Shown: positions 37,231-49,852 of the stretch, piece after piece
How positions within the stretch are numbered: the first letter of the stretch is position 1
Layout of the letters: every line of letters starts with the position of its first letter
Assembly: GCF_009914755.1 (NCBI RefSeq)
Contig: NC_060925.1
Origin: the human T2T-CHM13v2.0 reference genome, Homo sapiens
Direction: 5' to 3' (one strand)
Length of the DNA: 64,000 nt
The notes under the pieces: generated by a model
Databases searched by the model: none
What the model saw: the letters and a program-made list of their open reading frames with translations, nothing else
Told to the model about the DNA's origin: nothing
Position numbers and translations under genes: made by a program

Positions 37231-38398
37231 CAGGCCTACAGAAGCTTGAAGTACCCTCCCACCCCCAGCCTCCACCTGCCCACACAGATCTGGAGGCACC
37301 CAAGAACATATGACCCCAATCGCATTCATGTGACACCTTTGTTCACCGCCAAATTCACTTGAGAGGGGAAAAAAATACCTCAACCAGGAAATACATCTTT
37401 TACAGCTATTTCATCCTCCCCTCACGTGGCGCTGGAATATCGTTTTAAAGAACATTCTTGTGGTATTTCCAGATCTTTTCCTTTAGGACTGCAAACAGGA
37501 GTAGCCCATCCAAGGGGAAACTGCTCCCCAGCAGAGCCGTTCTTCAAAGGGGACTTCTTCAGGCAGGAAAAGGGAACGTCTGATACTGGAGCTGAATAAA
37601 CAGACTCATCAAGCTGAGTGCCAGATTGGAAATCCAGGCGCTGGAGCATGAGGCCCGCCAGCCGCACACCTCATGCATGCTATGGCTCTGTCTCTCTCCT
37701 CTCTTTCCTTCTCTCTCTCTCTTTTTTCTTCCATTCTGTAATCTTCTTCACTCGAGTGACTTAGTGATCCTGGGTATACACCCATCGTTTTTCACAACTA
37801 TTAACTGACTAATCTAATAGGCTCCAGAAGTTTCAAAACCCATTTTTGAATCACAGACTCTTCTACCATCTCCACTCATGCAGTTCACTCTGTCTCTCAA
37901 CACTCACATCTCCCCACAGCCAATAACCTTCCTCAGAAAGTAGCTCCTTTTAGATCAGGGCAGATTATTCATACACACAATGTTTCAAACCCTGGATACC
38001 TGGCTAGTAGAATCCTAGAGCTTGATGGAAACTCCAAAGATTTTTTTTTTTTTCAGGAAAAACTACAAATTTGTAATCTCAGAAATATCATAGTCTACCC
38101 TGGACCTTGAAAGAGTTCATCCCCATTTACAGGTTGGTTCAGTGGCTCACAGTCTATAGTAGAAGTGCTTCCAACTAATTAACCTAAGTTTTTACTACAA
38201 TTAGTTATTCTACTTGAATAGCTGCTCACACATGAAATTCCAAGCCACAGGTCATAGCAGGCTTAAGCTTAGAAACTGGAATTTATCTTTTCCATACTGG
38301 AAAATTTCAGTTTTTTCTTTTAAATTTTAAACAATTATACCAGTAAATGTTGCAATTATTCAGATAATCTGGACATTTATTTTAGTTGTTATCTATAC

Positions 38399-38900
38399 CA
38401 GCAATCCCCAACCTTTTTGGCACCAGGGACTGGTTTCGTGGAAGACTGTTTTTCCACAGACCGGGGTGGGGGGATGGTTTCAGGATGATTCAAGCACATT
38501 AGAGTTATTGTGCACTTTATTATTATTACATTGTAATATATAATGAAATAATTATACAACTCACCATAATGTAGAATCAGTGGGAGCCCTGAGCTTGTTT
38601 TCCTGCAACTAGACGGTCCCATCTGGAGATGATGGGAGACAGTGATAATCATCAGGCGTTAGCTTCTCATAAGGAGCATGCAACTTAGATTCCTCACATA
38701 CACAGTTCATGAAAGGGTTTGAGCACCTATGAGAATCTAATGCCACCACTGATCTGACAGGAGGCAGAGCTTAGGTGGTAATGCGAGTGATGGGGAACGG
38801 CTGAAAATACAGATGAAGCTTTACTTGCTGGCCCGCCACTCACCACTTGCTGTGTGGCCCAGATCCTACCAGATCACAGACCAGGGGTTGGGGACCCCTG
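38399..38900. mobile_element. MER1A (hAT-Charlie), near full length
   Basis: TIRs CAGCAATCCCCAACC / GGTTGGGGACCCCTG; 8-bp TSD ATCTATAC / TTCTATAT; internal GTAGAATCAGTGGGAGCCCTGAGCTTG. Confidence 0.93.
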
Positions 38901-40356
38901 TTCTATATTATACATATATCCATACATACTCACATAGACAAACACAATTCCCTGTGGATTTCCCACCTCACAATTTCAGTCCCATTAGAATTTTTTTTCA
39001 AATATCCAAAAAAGGCCGAGGGTCTCACTTTTACCACTTTGTTCTTAATGTCTAAACCCTTTTCTAAATATTTCCTTGAGGAAAAATTGTTGGATGATAA
39101 ATGTCTTGGGGAAAGTTTGTAAAACTCTATAGCAACTAATTTAAAAATGAGAAGTCAGCTGTGTAATTTACTTAGTTTCTATCCATAATTGGCTGCTGGC
39201 TCATTCATTATCATCCTTTTGACTATCCTATATAAAATGCCCCTTTAATGGGGCTTATAAACCTAAGTTCCTACAGAAACAACAATAACAAAGAGTCAAA
39301 ATGAAAAGAATGGTTAAGTAAATACCTGGTCAGTAAGGATCACTGAGCTCCAAAGCATTTTAATTTTTTCCCCATAATAAATGCTTAACCTCAACAATTC
39401 AGTCGTATCCCACTCTCTAGTCAATATTTATACATAGAAATTTATCTTTTAAAACACAAGTTGAGCCCCACACTGTGATTCACATTTTCAGAATGCTTGT
39501 TTATTCAGAATATTTTTTAGTAATTGCTGTGGAGTAATCATAAGGACAATCCAGTTGTCCTTGTTGTCATTAACCAACAACAACAAATGTCCCGAGTAAC
39601 CATGAATTTATAAATTTATTTTAATACTTCCTTAGAGCTGTGTGTGTCTATCTTTGGAGAAAGAGGAAAAACTCTAACTCAGCCACCCAGAGGCTGTCTG
39701 ACAAACAATACCTGGGTATTTGGCAATAATTCATCAACAAATATATTTTTCATTTTAAATGATTTTTATATAGGCATTATCATCAAATAATTGCCTGTCA
39801 AAGTAAGAAGAATAAAGGTCACTGACTCTTTTTAGTCATGAGGACTCTAAAATGCACCTCCTCTCCATTTGACGTGAATAGATTAGGTTCTCCATTGTGC
39901 AACCATCGGCACAAACATCACCTTAGACATGCAAAAGGGACAAGGTGGGAGACGTTCATTTAAGTTACCTTTGCCCAGGTTTTATTTGTTCTGCAGATAA
40001 AAAACTTTGGACTTCTTTACCCAACCAGTCATCTTGCACAAACAGTAAACTCCCTCAAAACTTTCTGTTCCCATGGGACCCTTGAGAAAACAAAATGAAA
40101 AAAAAAAAAAAAAAGCATGATTGAAATCTACTTTCTTCGGTCAACATCCTAACATTGAGCAATTTCTTCACATCTTAAAAGGGACTGTCCTGGCGTCAGA
40201 TTAAGAGTTAGTGAACTCCCTATTGATCAAATAACTGGAACTAGTAGTAACCAGAGTCAGAATTCCGAGATTACAAACACTTGTTCCGTAATCATTTCCC
40301 GTTCCTCCCCATAGCATCATGAAGCCCTTATTCATGTTCAATTCACCTTTGGAAAG

Positions 40357-40607
40357 CAATGGTTTCTAAATTTTTAGATCACATGTGGTAAAAATTTTTG
40401 AACATGTCCATCCTATGTATTCTCATTTATAAATTACATATGTATTACTCTATTCTATGCATCAAAAACACATGCACCAAAAAAATCTAAATTTAAGATG
40501 AAATAAAACATTGAAATAAATAGAAGGTTAAATATCTTCTTTCTGCACACCAATGGATCATTTTGAAATCTTCATGAGTTATAGATACCCTAAATCTGAG
40601 CCCCCTG
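40357..40607. mobile_element. MER112-like hAT-Charlie MITE
   Basis: GTAAAAATTTTTGAACATG...TTTATAAATTACATATGT...GCACACCAATGGATCAT. Confidence 0.65.
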
Positions 40608-42824
40608 CTTTAAGAAATGCAGTGAGCTGTCATTCTCCCAAATCCAATCACCACTTTGGCCTAATCAAAAACCTGTTTTCAAGAAAATATCTGCTAGTAG
40701 TCAATATCATCATCTGTGAATAAGGACCCATCATTATAATGAGGCTTCCAGGAGTATCTGCATTTTAAGTATATGTCTAATTATGAGAAGAAAGCTTTAT
40801 TTTGTTTTCATGTGATGTCAGGGATGCCAAAATAATTCACGATATTTGGAGGATTGAAAATGTTTCCTGGTGGCCCTGATCTTGGACAAGTTGGGAAGCT
40901 CCTCATCAATGTACATACCTGCATATACAGTGGCAGCAGCAAAGTTAGTAAATACAAAGGTTTAAGCAAACTTAGTAAACAAAAAGGTTTTAAGAACAGC
41001 AAATTGGTTAGAAAAGGTAAGGTTAACATGTTGGGTAGGAAATTTTTCTGAGTTGATGAGTTAGATAAAGACTTTCATTAATTCAATTAAAAAATCATTT
41101 TTGTCCCAAATAATCAATCACAAGCACTTGCTTAGCTCAAGTACTTACATTTTTCATGAATTTATGAAAACAATTTTCCCAGGGGAAAAGATGAGCAATA
41201 CTCTAGATTATTTTCATCTTAGTGGATATGAAGTTGAAAATTTTTTTTAAAAGTCTGAATTATCCATCAGACATATGCGTTGATCCAATTCACCAGGTAA
41301 CTGCAAAATAGCCTACTTGACTCTAACTTATGAAAACAAAAGGAAAGTGGAGTGGAAAGAGCTGATCAGCTGTTGAGAAGTGTTTCTTATGTATGTTTGG
41401 GTACATATACTACACATGCATCTATATATGTAAACACATACATGTAAATTTGTATGTATAGAGAAGCTCCTGCCATTCAGTTTACCATCTAGTTGGGCAA
41501 ATCACATGCCCATGAAAAATTATGAAGTGATATATCAGCAAGCACAAAATAATATAGCATAAAACATATCAAACAAGTATGTGCTGGCAGAAAAAAGAGT
41601 GGGATATAATTAAAATCTGATTATTATAAATTTCCAGGGAAAAACGGGGGGCAAATATTTCAGAAAAATAAATTGGCGTGATGAATGAAAAGAAGTTTAA
41701 TGTAGCAAATCACACCCTGGGGAAACGGGTTTCACTAATGTGAGAAAAGGACCCATACGGATGAAGTATGAGCTATGAAATTAAAGTTATGGATTGATAA
41801 AGGACAATTGGTATGGCAAGCCAAATTTTAGTTTTGCTTGAAACATCCAGGTAAGTAAGGCAACATTCATATTGTTGTTGTTGTTTTGCTTAAAATATCC
41901 CATAATTTCTTTTTATGCTGTGTAAGACAACATAAAGATACCAACATAAGAAGGCACAACATAATACTAACCTCATGTCGGGAACTTGACATGTGTGCAC
42001 AAGAATTGTGCATGCTCTTGGACCTGTTCAAGCTTTGACCTTTGTTTCTGAAATGTCAAGGTATCTCTTGTGTCATCATGAGCCTCCTCCCCCAGCCCCT
42101 CATAGTTGTACCACTGAATGGACATAACCTATGCCAGAAACGATAAGACCTGAGATTTGCTGAACACCACCAATTCTTCTGTCAACATTCCTGTCCTGAA
42201 ATCTCCTTTTACTTAACAAACCTAGATCACTTTCTGTTTATGGCACAAGAGAGAAGAAAGTGGAGGCAAATAATCAATTACTTCTCTCCAAAAGATAATT
42301 CTTAGGAAGGAAACTGATACCACCTGTCTAGTTTATCATGCACTGTCTGGGTTCACTTTTTCTTTGTCATTGTCACAAGCTGCTCCACCTGCATACCACC
42401 CAAACTGCTAACAAGAATGGAAGCTCATCCGGGGCAAAATCTGACTTTTCAATTTATTTTATATTCCCTGTTATGAGTCAACGAATTCAATTTCAGCCCC
42501 CATGCACATCAGGAACTCAACATGCTTGTTAAGCAAGAGGTGAACACCCCAGTTTTGCTCAGACTGTGTTTTAAAGAATGCATTAAAAAAAGAATTCATG
42601 AATGAATCAGCTCATCAAGGTGATCATCAAGTTACAGATCACATACCCACAAATTTCATTCAGTTTGGTTATTGAAAAAGTCAAAATGACCAAACCACAA
42701 GTGACCAGAATAGATGTTTTGCACATTTCATAACTAAATAGACTTAATATTGAAATGTATTGCACAGAGTTGGTCGTGAAAACTGTCAAGTCAAAGCTAA
42801 TTAAACTAGATTTTAACCTCCACA

Positions 42825-43450
42825 AACCAAGGGGATTGTGCCCATTTTGTCAACATGTTGTACCAGCACATAGCATAGTGTCTGCCACACAGTGGGTGCT
42901 TGTGGCAGCTTCTCATTAAGATGAACACATCAATTCTTTCCCTAGTTGAATACACAAACTATTCCCCTCTTGTGAGACCGAATCTATTTGTCCAACTACT
43001 GGATCCTGGGTTCCCCCATGATTGCTTTGGCATATACAAGAGGGAAGAAGTGATCTGTATGACTTGCAAGGTTAGGTTTAAGAATTTTTGCAACTTCCAC
43101 CTGGATTTCTTAGAACACTTGCTTTGAGGAAATCTGTCACAAGAGAAAAGCCTGATTACCAAGAGACCAAAAAGCTTTGCTAACCATGTGGAGAGAGAGA
43201 GAGAGAGAGATTCCTGACTAGCCCAATGCCAGACATATGAGTGAAGAAACCTTTAGATGGCTCCAGTCTCAGCTACAATCTGACTACAACCAAACGAGAG
43301 ACAAGAACTGCCCACCGGAGTCCATCAGTCCCAAGAACCATGAGTGATAGTAATAAATTGTTTCCTTAAGTCACTAGATTTAGGGTAGCTTATTACACAA
43401 CAATAGATAACTGAAACAGTGTTCAATATTTATTGAATAAGTAAATGGAT
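42825..43450 (+). mobile_element. L2 3' tail split by an MLT1 LTR
   Basis: GCATAGTGTCTGCCACACAGTGGGTGCT rejoins CAATATTTATTGAATAA after the LTR. Confidence 0.65.
42901..43418 (+). mobile_element. MLT1G/H-like solo LTR
   Basis: TGTGGCAG...CCAGACATATGAGTGAAGAA...CAATAGATAACTGAAACA; 5-bp TSD GTGCT / GTGTT. Confidence 0.85.
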
Positions 43451-44453
43451 TGATAAAAGAAAGCCACTTAGAATAAAGGGTTCCCAAATGAACCCAGTGA
43501 AATCCATTAAATAAATTATTTAGGTGATGTCAACAACAGTAAAGACTATCAGAAAATTGGACAACTCTGTGGGTAATTAAGGCCAAGAGGAAATCTGCTA
43601 CAGAATAGAGAAAGTAATTTTTTTGAGAGTGGAATTTTCCAAATTCACTAACCATCTTGACCGTATTCATTAGATGATTGCTCAGTGCCCTACTTCCCTT
43701 TCCACAAAGTAAACTCACGATTGCATTTCAGCCATGATCCTAGGGACAAAGGAGAAGAAAACATATTAACCAAGAAGGAACGTGGGGAACCAGAGAAAAC
43801 AGACTTTGGGGAGCCTGATCTTTCTATGAAGACTCTCACTCTTCTCTCTCTTCCTTTAATTTTGTAGAATAGACTTTGAGCTAGATAACACTGTGTAAAG
43901 CAACTAAATATAGCCAGAGATCAGGGTGGGTGGGAATGGAAACAAGAGGCTAAATGTTGGACACTAGCAGCTCTTACCTCATCACATCCCCCATAATTGT
44001 GCCATTATGTGCACAGAGCTCTTTAGCTGGATATGGTCACCATTTCATAATGATAAGAAGATCAATTAATGACATGATCCACATCTTTCATTGTTTTGAT
44101 GGTTGCCAATAAGTCTGAGTCACTCTACCATCATTCTTACCACAAGCACAATTGTTTTTCTTTCATTTTTCTTTTTTTTTTTTTTGGTGAGGAAAATAAA
44201 TATCAAGAGGATGTATTTAATCTTCCTTGGAGTTTTAACTTTGTGCCTTTTCAGATGAAACCACATCAGGGTCTGGTCCTCTCTTTTCTGAGTATCCATT
44301 TCTTATGGCAGAATAAGTCCTTCTTAGTGCACAAACCCACCCTACCTCCTTCTCAATTACAGAATACTCCCCACCCTGCCCCAACATGAATTCACAAACT
44401 CCCCATTCCCAAAGAGATTCCAATTTTGTCAGAGCCCAAAGGCCGTGTTCAAA

Positions 44454-44547
44454 AGAGGTGCTCTTGCAATCACTGGAAGATGGAAGGGGAAAAGACATTT
44501 TTCAGTAGCCACAGGCAGGTTTGTAGGCATTGGCAGAAGGCACATGG
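44454..44547 (+). repeat. Isolated local copy of 45183-45279
   Basis: 5 mismatches over the first 71 nt by manual alignment. Confidence 0.92.
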
Positions 44548-45039
44548 AATAAAATATAGAGGCTCTTTGACTAACTCTACGCAATCAACTTCACGATGCA
44601 GTTTAAAACAAAAAAGACATGACTGAAGGTCTCTATGGACCCAATAAACCAACCATCACCAAATCTTTTTTATTTGTCTGTACAAACAGGATCCAGAGTA
44701 AGCTCAAGGTCACCTGTTGGGCAAGCAGCCCTTCATGGTCACTCTGAGCAGGCTAGGGAGCAAAATAGCTTAAGCTGGGGCAGAATCTAGGGCAGTCATT
44801 AAGGAGAATTATCAGATTTGATGGACAAAGTTCTTGAAATCTAGCTTCAACACATGGGAAAGTCTTATTTTCTATTGAATCTATTATCATTTTATTCAAA
44901 TCAATTCAAAATGATTTATTGTCTGGTATTGTCTGGCACTGGGGATGGAGAATTGTAAGATCTATCCTCAAGGAGCTTTCCAGAGTGATGGGTTATGGAA
45001 GTATGACACCTGAATTTCCCATAAGAAGGATAAGGACCA

Positions 45040-45490
45040 TGTGTGCCAGGCATTGTTTTGTTGAGACTCAGTAAGTACCATCTCTGACCCTAAGGTCCTC
45101 CCATATTACAAGGACTGAAAGCCTGGAAACTACATTTCCTAAGCTCTCTTGCCCATGGAGTTCTTGGTATAATCTTCCATTGAGAGGTGCTCTTGCAATC
45201 ACTGGAAAATGGAAGAGAAAAAGACATTTTTCAGTAGCTACAGGCGGGTTTGTGACACACTGGCAGATAGCAGACATGGGGCTATGTGTCAGCTTCTGAG
45301 CATCCTTCTGAGAATCATCCACTTCAGTGCTGTAGACAGCTAAGACCATTGGTGACAACTTGGCTTCCCAGGGATTCCAACACTTCATACTTCCTGGAAG
45401 TTGACCTTCACTCCCAGCCCTCCCAATGATTTCATAAAACCTCTAATTCCATATATTGTATTCCTTCCTAATGAACTAAAATACTTAGAG
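45040..45490 (+). mobile_element. ERVL LTR (LTR33/LTR41-like)
   Basis: TGTGCCAGGCATTGTTTTGTTG start, GAAACTACATTTCC, and AAAATACTTAGAG near the 3' end. Confidence 0.6.
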
Positions 45491-45491
45491 A

Positions 45492-45845
45492 ATATTAGTC
45501 AGAATGGGATAGATGTATTTCAGTAATAAATACCCTCCCCCCAAACTCTGAATAGTATAACAAGATAAGGTTATTCTTTGTTCAGGACATAGGCTGATTG
45601 GCTTCATCTTGTACCTAAGATCTCTGTGGAAGAGGAAGACAGTACATAGAGAAAGCCCATAAACCCTCTTCACTGCTAGAATAAAGTTGATACAGTACTT
45701 CTCACATTCCATTAGAAACAAAACAAAACAAAACAAAACAAAAAAACTGGTCTCAAGGCCCCAATTAAATTGTAAGGAAGGGTGAGACTATGGTCTTCCT
45801 CTGTGCCCAGAGGGAGGAAATGGTATGATGAGCACATTGCATCTT
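45492..45845 (-). mobile_element. Old MLT1-like LTR remnant with (AAAAC)n
   Basis: ATTAGTCAGAATGGGATAG...CAGTAATAAATACCC; CTCACATTCCATT; CTCTGTGCCCAGAGG. Confidence 0.5.
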
Positions 45846-46225
45846 ATCAGACTTCTATTTCTTTAATTAAATCTGATGGTTATATTTGATACTAAATACT
45901 GTGTCCTGTAACAAAATTGTAAAATATGTGATATAGACTTCATAGTCAAGTAGTGTTTCTAGAAACAGATATAATAGACTGGATGGCTGGAGATCCATAT
46001 CATGGAGTGGAAAAACACTTGGCAATATTATTGCCTTTGGTACCCTGAAAGACCACATGACTCTTGAGCTTGTAGGTGAAAAATAACATGTGTTGGTTGC
46101 TATTGACTGCTTTTAGGAACACAGTAAAACAATAAGAGGCTATCAGGAAATAATTAACTGGTTTTCGAGCAAAGATAAAAAGAACAAGCATCTACTTCTA
46201 GAGCTCCCTTTTGATATCAACTTCT

Positions 46226-46447
46226 GTATTAGTCAGGGTAAGTAATGCTCACTGCCATAACAAACAATCCCCAAAAGCTCAATGGCTTAACATCTAAAAG
46301 TTTATTTCTCACTCACAAAAAGTCTAATGTGGATATTCCTCTGAAAAGAGATTCAGGGATCCCGATTTCTTTCATGTTATGGTTCTACATCTTCTAGCAT
46401 CAGGGTTATCCTGGCATTATCCAGCCAGAAGATGAAGAAAGGGAAAG

Positions 46448-46506
<59 letters not shown>

Positions 46507-46622
46507 AGAGAGAGAGAGAGAGAGATTGTCTCTCTGGCTGAGCAATTGCTTCCTAGAAGGAATTCTACACTGTGGAAGGAGAGGCGGATGAATCTTCATT
46601 GGTCAGCTAGCCATTTCTGCAT
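46226..46622 (-). mobile_element. Old MLT1 (J/K-like) LTR containing (GA)n
   Basis: TGTATTAGTCAGGGT...GCCATAACAAACAATCCCCAAAAGCTCAATGGCTTAAC...GTTTATTTCTCACTCAC. Confidence 0.75.
46448..46525 (+). repeat. (GA)n microsatellite
   Basis: Long GA run with two interruptions. Confidence 0.95.
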
Positions 46623-47491
46623 TGGACTCCGAAGTTTTCTTTTTGTTTCTTTTTTGCTGCCATGTAATTTATTTTCCCCACTTTAATAGTACAGCTTCCT
46701 CCTGTTCTTTCCAACTTCTCTTCCTTTTTCTTTTGACATGCACTTTCCCTTTCATCTCTTATTTGAGCTTGCTTTTCTCTTTTATTTTACTGCTAATAAT
46801 AATTAACCATAGCGTCCTACTCTCTACTCTGAGTAATTTCTAAGCATGAGGTTGAGAGAAAAAGATGGGGCTGTCATCTAGTGGGAGGAAGTTACTTTAG
46901 CACTTTTTCCTGCAACTCAAATAGCATCTGATTCTGACTGTTAGGAGTGATAGGCATTGGAAGGAAGACGTCAAAACAAATCTATATGGCAAATAAGATA
47001 TTTGCAAGACTGTTGATTTTTTTATGCTTCCTTGATCCAAGTTCTTCAGTTTTTCAGGTTTCATGCTGGCTTTGGGGTAAAAGTTTCCAGTGTTTAGTTA
47101 TTTTCTCTTTATTCAATTATTAATAGGGACCACTCATTACTGCTGGATGAGAATGGCAAATGTGACTGAAATCATTTTCAACTCTTTAATAACACAATTA
47201 TAATATTTAGACAGTTTTCTTTCATTTACAGATGTAACTCCTATCCATTTTTAGTTTGGGGAAAGAAATATACATTTTTTTAAATGTGAGATTTGAGTAT
47301 TTTATCATATGCAAATACCACATCCCCCATAAGAAGCAACCAGCACAAGTAACTATTTCTTCCCTGCAAGCTACTTTGCTCTACACTTTACTTTTTGGTT
47401 TAGGACAGAAGAATAAGGCTTTAGTTCCTACCCTTTCAAACAATTCCCCACGTCGAGTCCAGGATCAGTCTGCTCAGAAATTTGAGTTTTC

Positions 47492-48238
47492 CAAAATGGA
47501 GGTTCTTCAAATAATTAAAAATAGACCTTCAATATAATCCAGCAATTCCTCTACTGGTATATATCCAAGAAAATAAAATCAGCATCTCAAAGAGGTATCT
47601 ACACTCCCATGTTCATTACAACATTATTCACAATGACCAGGATATAGAAAAAAACTAATTGCCTGTTGACAGATAAATAAATTCTGTGATATTTACACAT
47701 ATATATACATACGTATATATGCATATATATACGTATGTGTATATATATATTGGAATACTATTTAGCCTTTAAGAGGAAGGAAATCCTGTCATTTATGACA
47801 ACATAGATGAACTTGGAGGACATTATGTTAAATGAAATAAGCCAAGCACAGAAAGAATATTAGATGATCTCACTTACATGGGGAATCTAAAAGAGTTGAA
47901 TTCATAGAGGCAGAGAGTAGAGTAGGGGCTCTCAGGGACAAAGGGGTAAGGGAAATGGAGAGATGTTGGTCAAAAGATACAAAGTTTCAGTTATGCAGGA
48001 TGAACAAGTTCTAGAGACCTAATGTATAACACTGGGACTGTAGTTTATAATACTGTATTGTATACTTGAAATTTGCTAAGAGAGTAGGTCTTAAGTGTTC
48101 TCACCACACACAAATAAGGTAACTATGTGAAGACATGCATATATTAATTATCTTGATTTTTAAATCAACTCACTATGTATATGTATATCAAAACCTCACA
48201 CTGTGCATCTTAAAAATATATGATTTCAATTTTTAAAA
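47492..48238 (+). mobile_element. L1MA (MA8/MA9-like) 3' fragment with intact TSD
   Basis: ORF2 end and 3'UTR motifs; perfect 16-bp TSD AGAAATTTGAGTTTTC at 47476-47491 and 48239-48254. Confidence 0.9.
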
Positions 48239-48519
48239 AGAAATTTGAGTTTTCTAACTTGAATTAAAATCTATGCTGAGCAAGACTCAACCCTTTCAAT
48301 TCCACTTCATTATTTGGCAAAGGGTCCTAGTAAAGTCACAGCATCCAGCATCTTTCTATTTCTGTGGATTTTTTCCTCTTTTCTGGTGGAATATTGACAT
48401 GACACTAGAGCCCTGGAAACTTGACAAGCTTCTAGAAGCACTTTTGAGTATAAGAGCACTGTTTTGTATATTCGGGGCAGCAAAAATCATACCAATACAT
48501 AATATTCTTTATAATCTTT

Positions 48520-49215
48520 ATATGCTTGCCAGACATTGTGCAAGTATTGTCCCATTTAATCCTCTTGAAGTGTTAAGAGGCAACTATTATTATCATCCTT
48601 TTTTAAAATTTTTTTTATTATACTTTAAGTTCTGGGATACATGTGCAGAACGTGTAGGTTTGTTACATAGGTATACACATGCCAGGTGGTTTGCTGCACC
48701 CATCAACCTGTCATCTACATTAGGTATTTGTCCTGATGCTCTCCCTCCCCTAGACCTCCACCCCCTGACAGGCCCCGGTGTGTGATATTCCCCTCCCTGT
48801 GTCCATGTGTTCTCTTTGTTCAACTCCCATTTATGAGTGAGAACATGCGGTGTTTCGTTTTCTGTTCTTGCCTTAGTTTGCTGAGAATGATGTTTTCCAG
48901 CTTCATCCATGTCCCTGCAAAGGACATGAATTCATCCTTATTTATGGCTGCATAGTATTCCATGCTGTGTATGTGCCACATTTTCTTTATCCAGGTGTTC
49001 ATTGATGGGCATTTGGATTGGTTCCAAGTCTTTGCTATTGTGAACAGTGCTGCAAGGAACATACGTGTGCATGTGTTTTTATAGTAGGATGATTTATAAT
49101 CCTTCTTATTTTATAGATTAAGAAACTGAGGCTTAGAGAAAGTAAGTCAAGAAGATACAGCTCTTAAATATTGCTTTAAGAACTTCAACTTGACTCTATT
49201 TGACTAGAAACCCTG
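48520..49215 (-). mobile_element. MIR split by an L1PA insertion
   Basis: TGCCAGACATTGTG...CATTTAATCCTC...TATTATCATCC resumes as TTTTATAGATTAAGAAACTGAGGCTTAGAGA. Confidence 0.75.
48600..49102 (-). mobile_element. 5'-truncated L1PA6/7-like element
   Basis: TTATTATACTTTAAGTTCTGGGATACATGTGCAGAACG; the ORF track shows the ORF2p C-terminal peptide (AALFTIAKTWNQ...). Confidence 0.93.
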
Positions 49216-49339
49216 TAACTTAACCACTCTTATTACCAGTCTATTTCCATAAAAATGACCCAAAGATGATGGGAGTTGGACAAAGTCAATTAGCAGAAAA
49301 GAAAAAAAATTGCAAATTCTTGTGGAAATGAATCATAGC

Positions 49340-49570
49340 AATAATAATTACCAACATTTCTTGAGCACTTACTGTATGCCAGGAACTGTTCTAAAGCCTT
49401 TGGCTGGACTAACTCATGGAATCCTCACAATGACCCTAAGAGATAAGTGCTATTATCTTTTTTTTTCTTTCAGATAAAACTGAGGCACAGAGAAATTAAG
49501 TTACAGGATCACACAACTAGCCATTAGCAGGATGTAAAGTAATTGAAATAACAGCATCATGAACCTATTT
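49340..49570 (-). mobile_element. MIR
   Basis: AACATTTCTTGAGCACTTACTGTATGCCAGG...AATCCTCACAATGACCCT...AAACTGAGGCACAGAGA. Confidence 0.85.
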
Positions 49571-49638
49571 GCTACCCATGGAGATAAAAATGGACAAACT
49601 GGAAGTATAACTATTGTAAGTTCTTCAGCATGGCTTAC

Positions 49639-49852
49639 CTTCTGTGATCTGCTTACATGGTCAGAACCATCCTTAGGTAACAAGCATACAAAGCTCTGGC
49701 CCAACCTCTGTCCTCATCTGAATGTAGGAAGCTTTGGATGATGTCTGCGTATCCTCAGAACAGTCTCCTAACCATTCCTCTCTCAACCAGACCCGGAGGC
49801 ATCCAGTGCCAAGGAGCTCTTCTGTCCTATTGAAAGCAGAGAATGGTTCTCT
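49639..49852 (-). other. Exon-like unit, 214 nt, apparently non-coding
   Basis: Acceptor GCTTGCTCTTTGTACTTATTTCAG|A; donor AAG|GTAAGC, with an alternative CAT|GTAAGC 18 nt upstream. Confidence 0.35.

Noticed and set aside
48273-49062. ORFs of 170, 105 and 80 aa
   Set aside because: They lie largely in a truncated L1PA; the 80-aa ORF is an ORF2p remnant.
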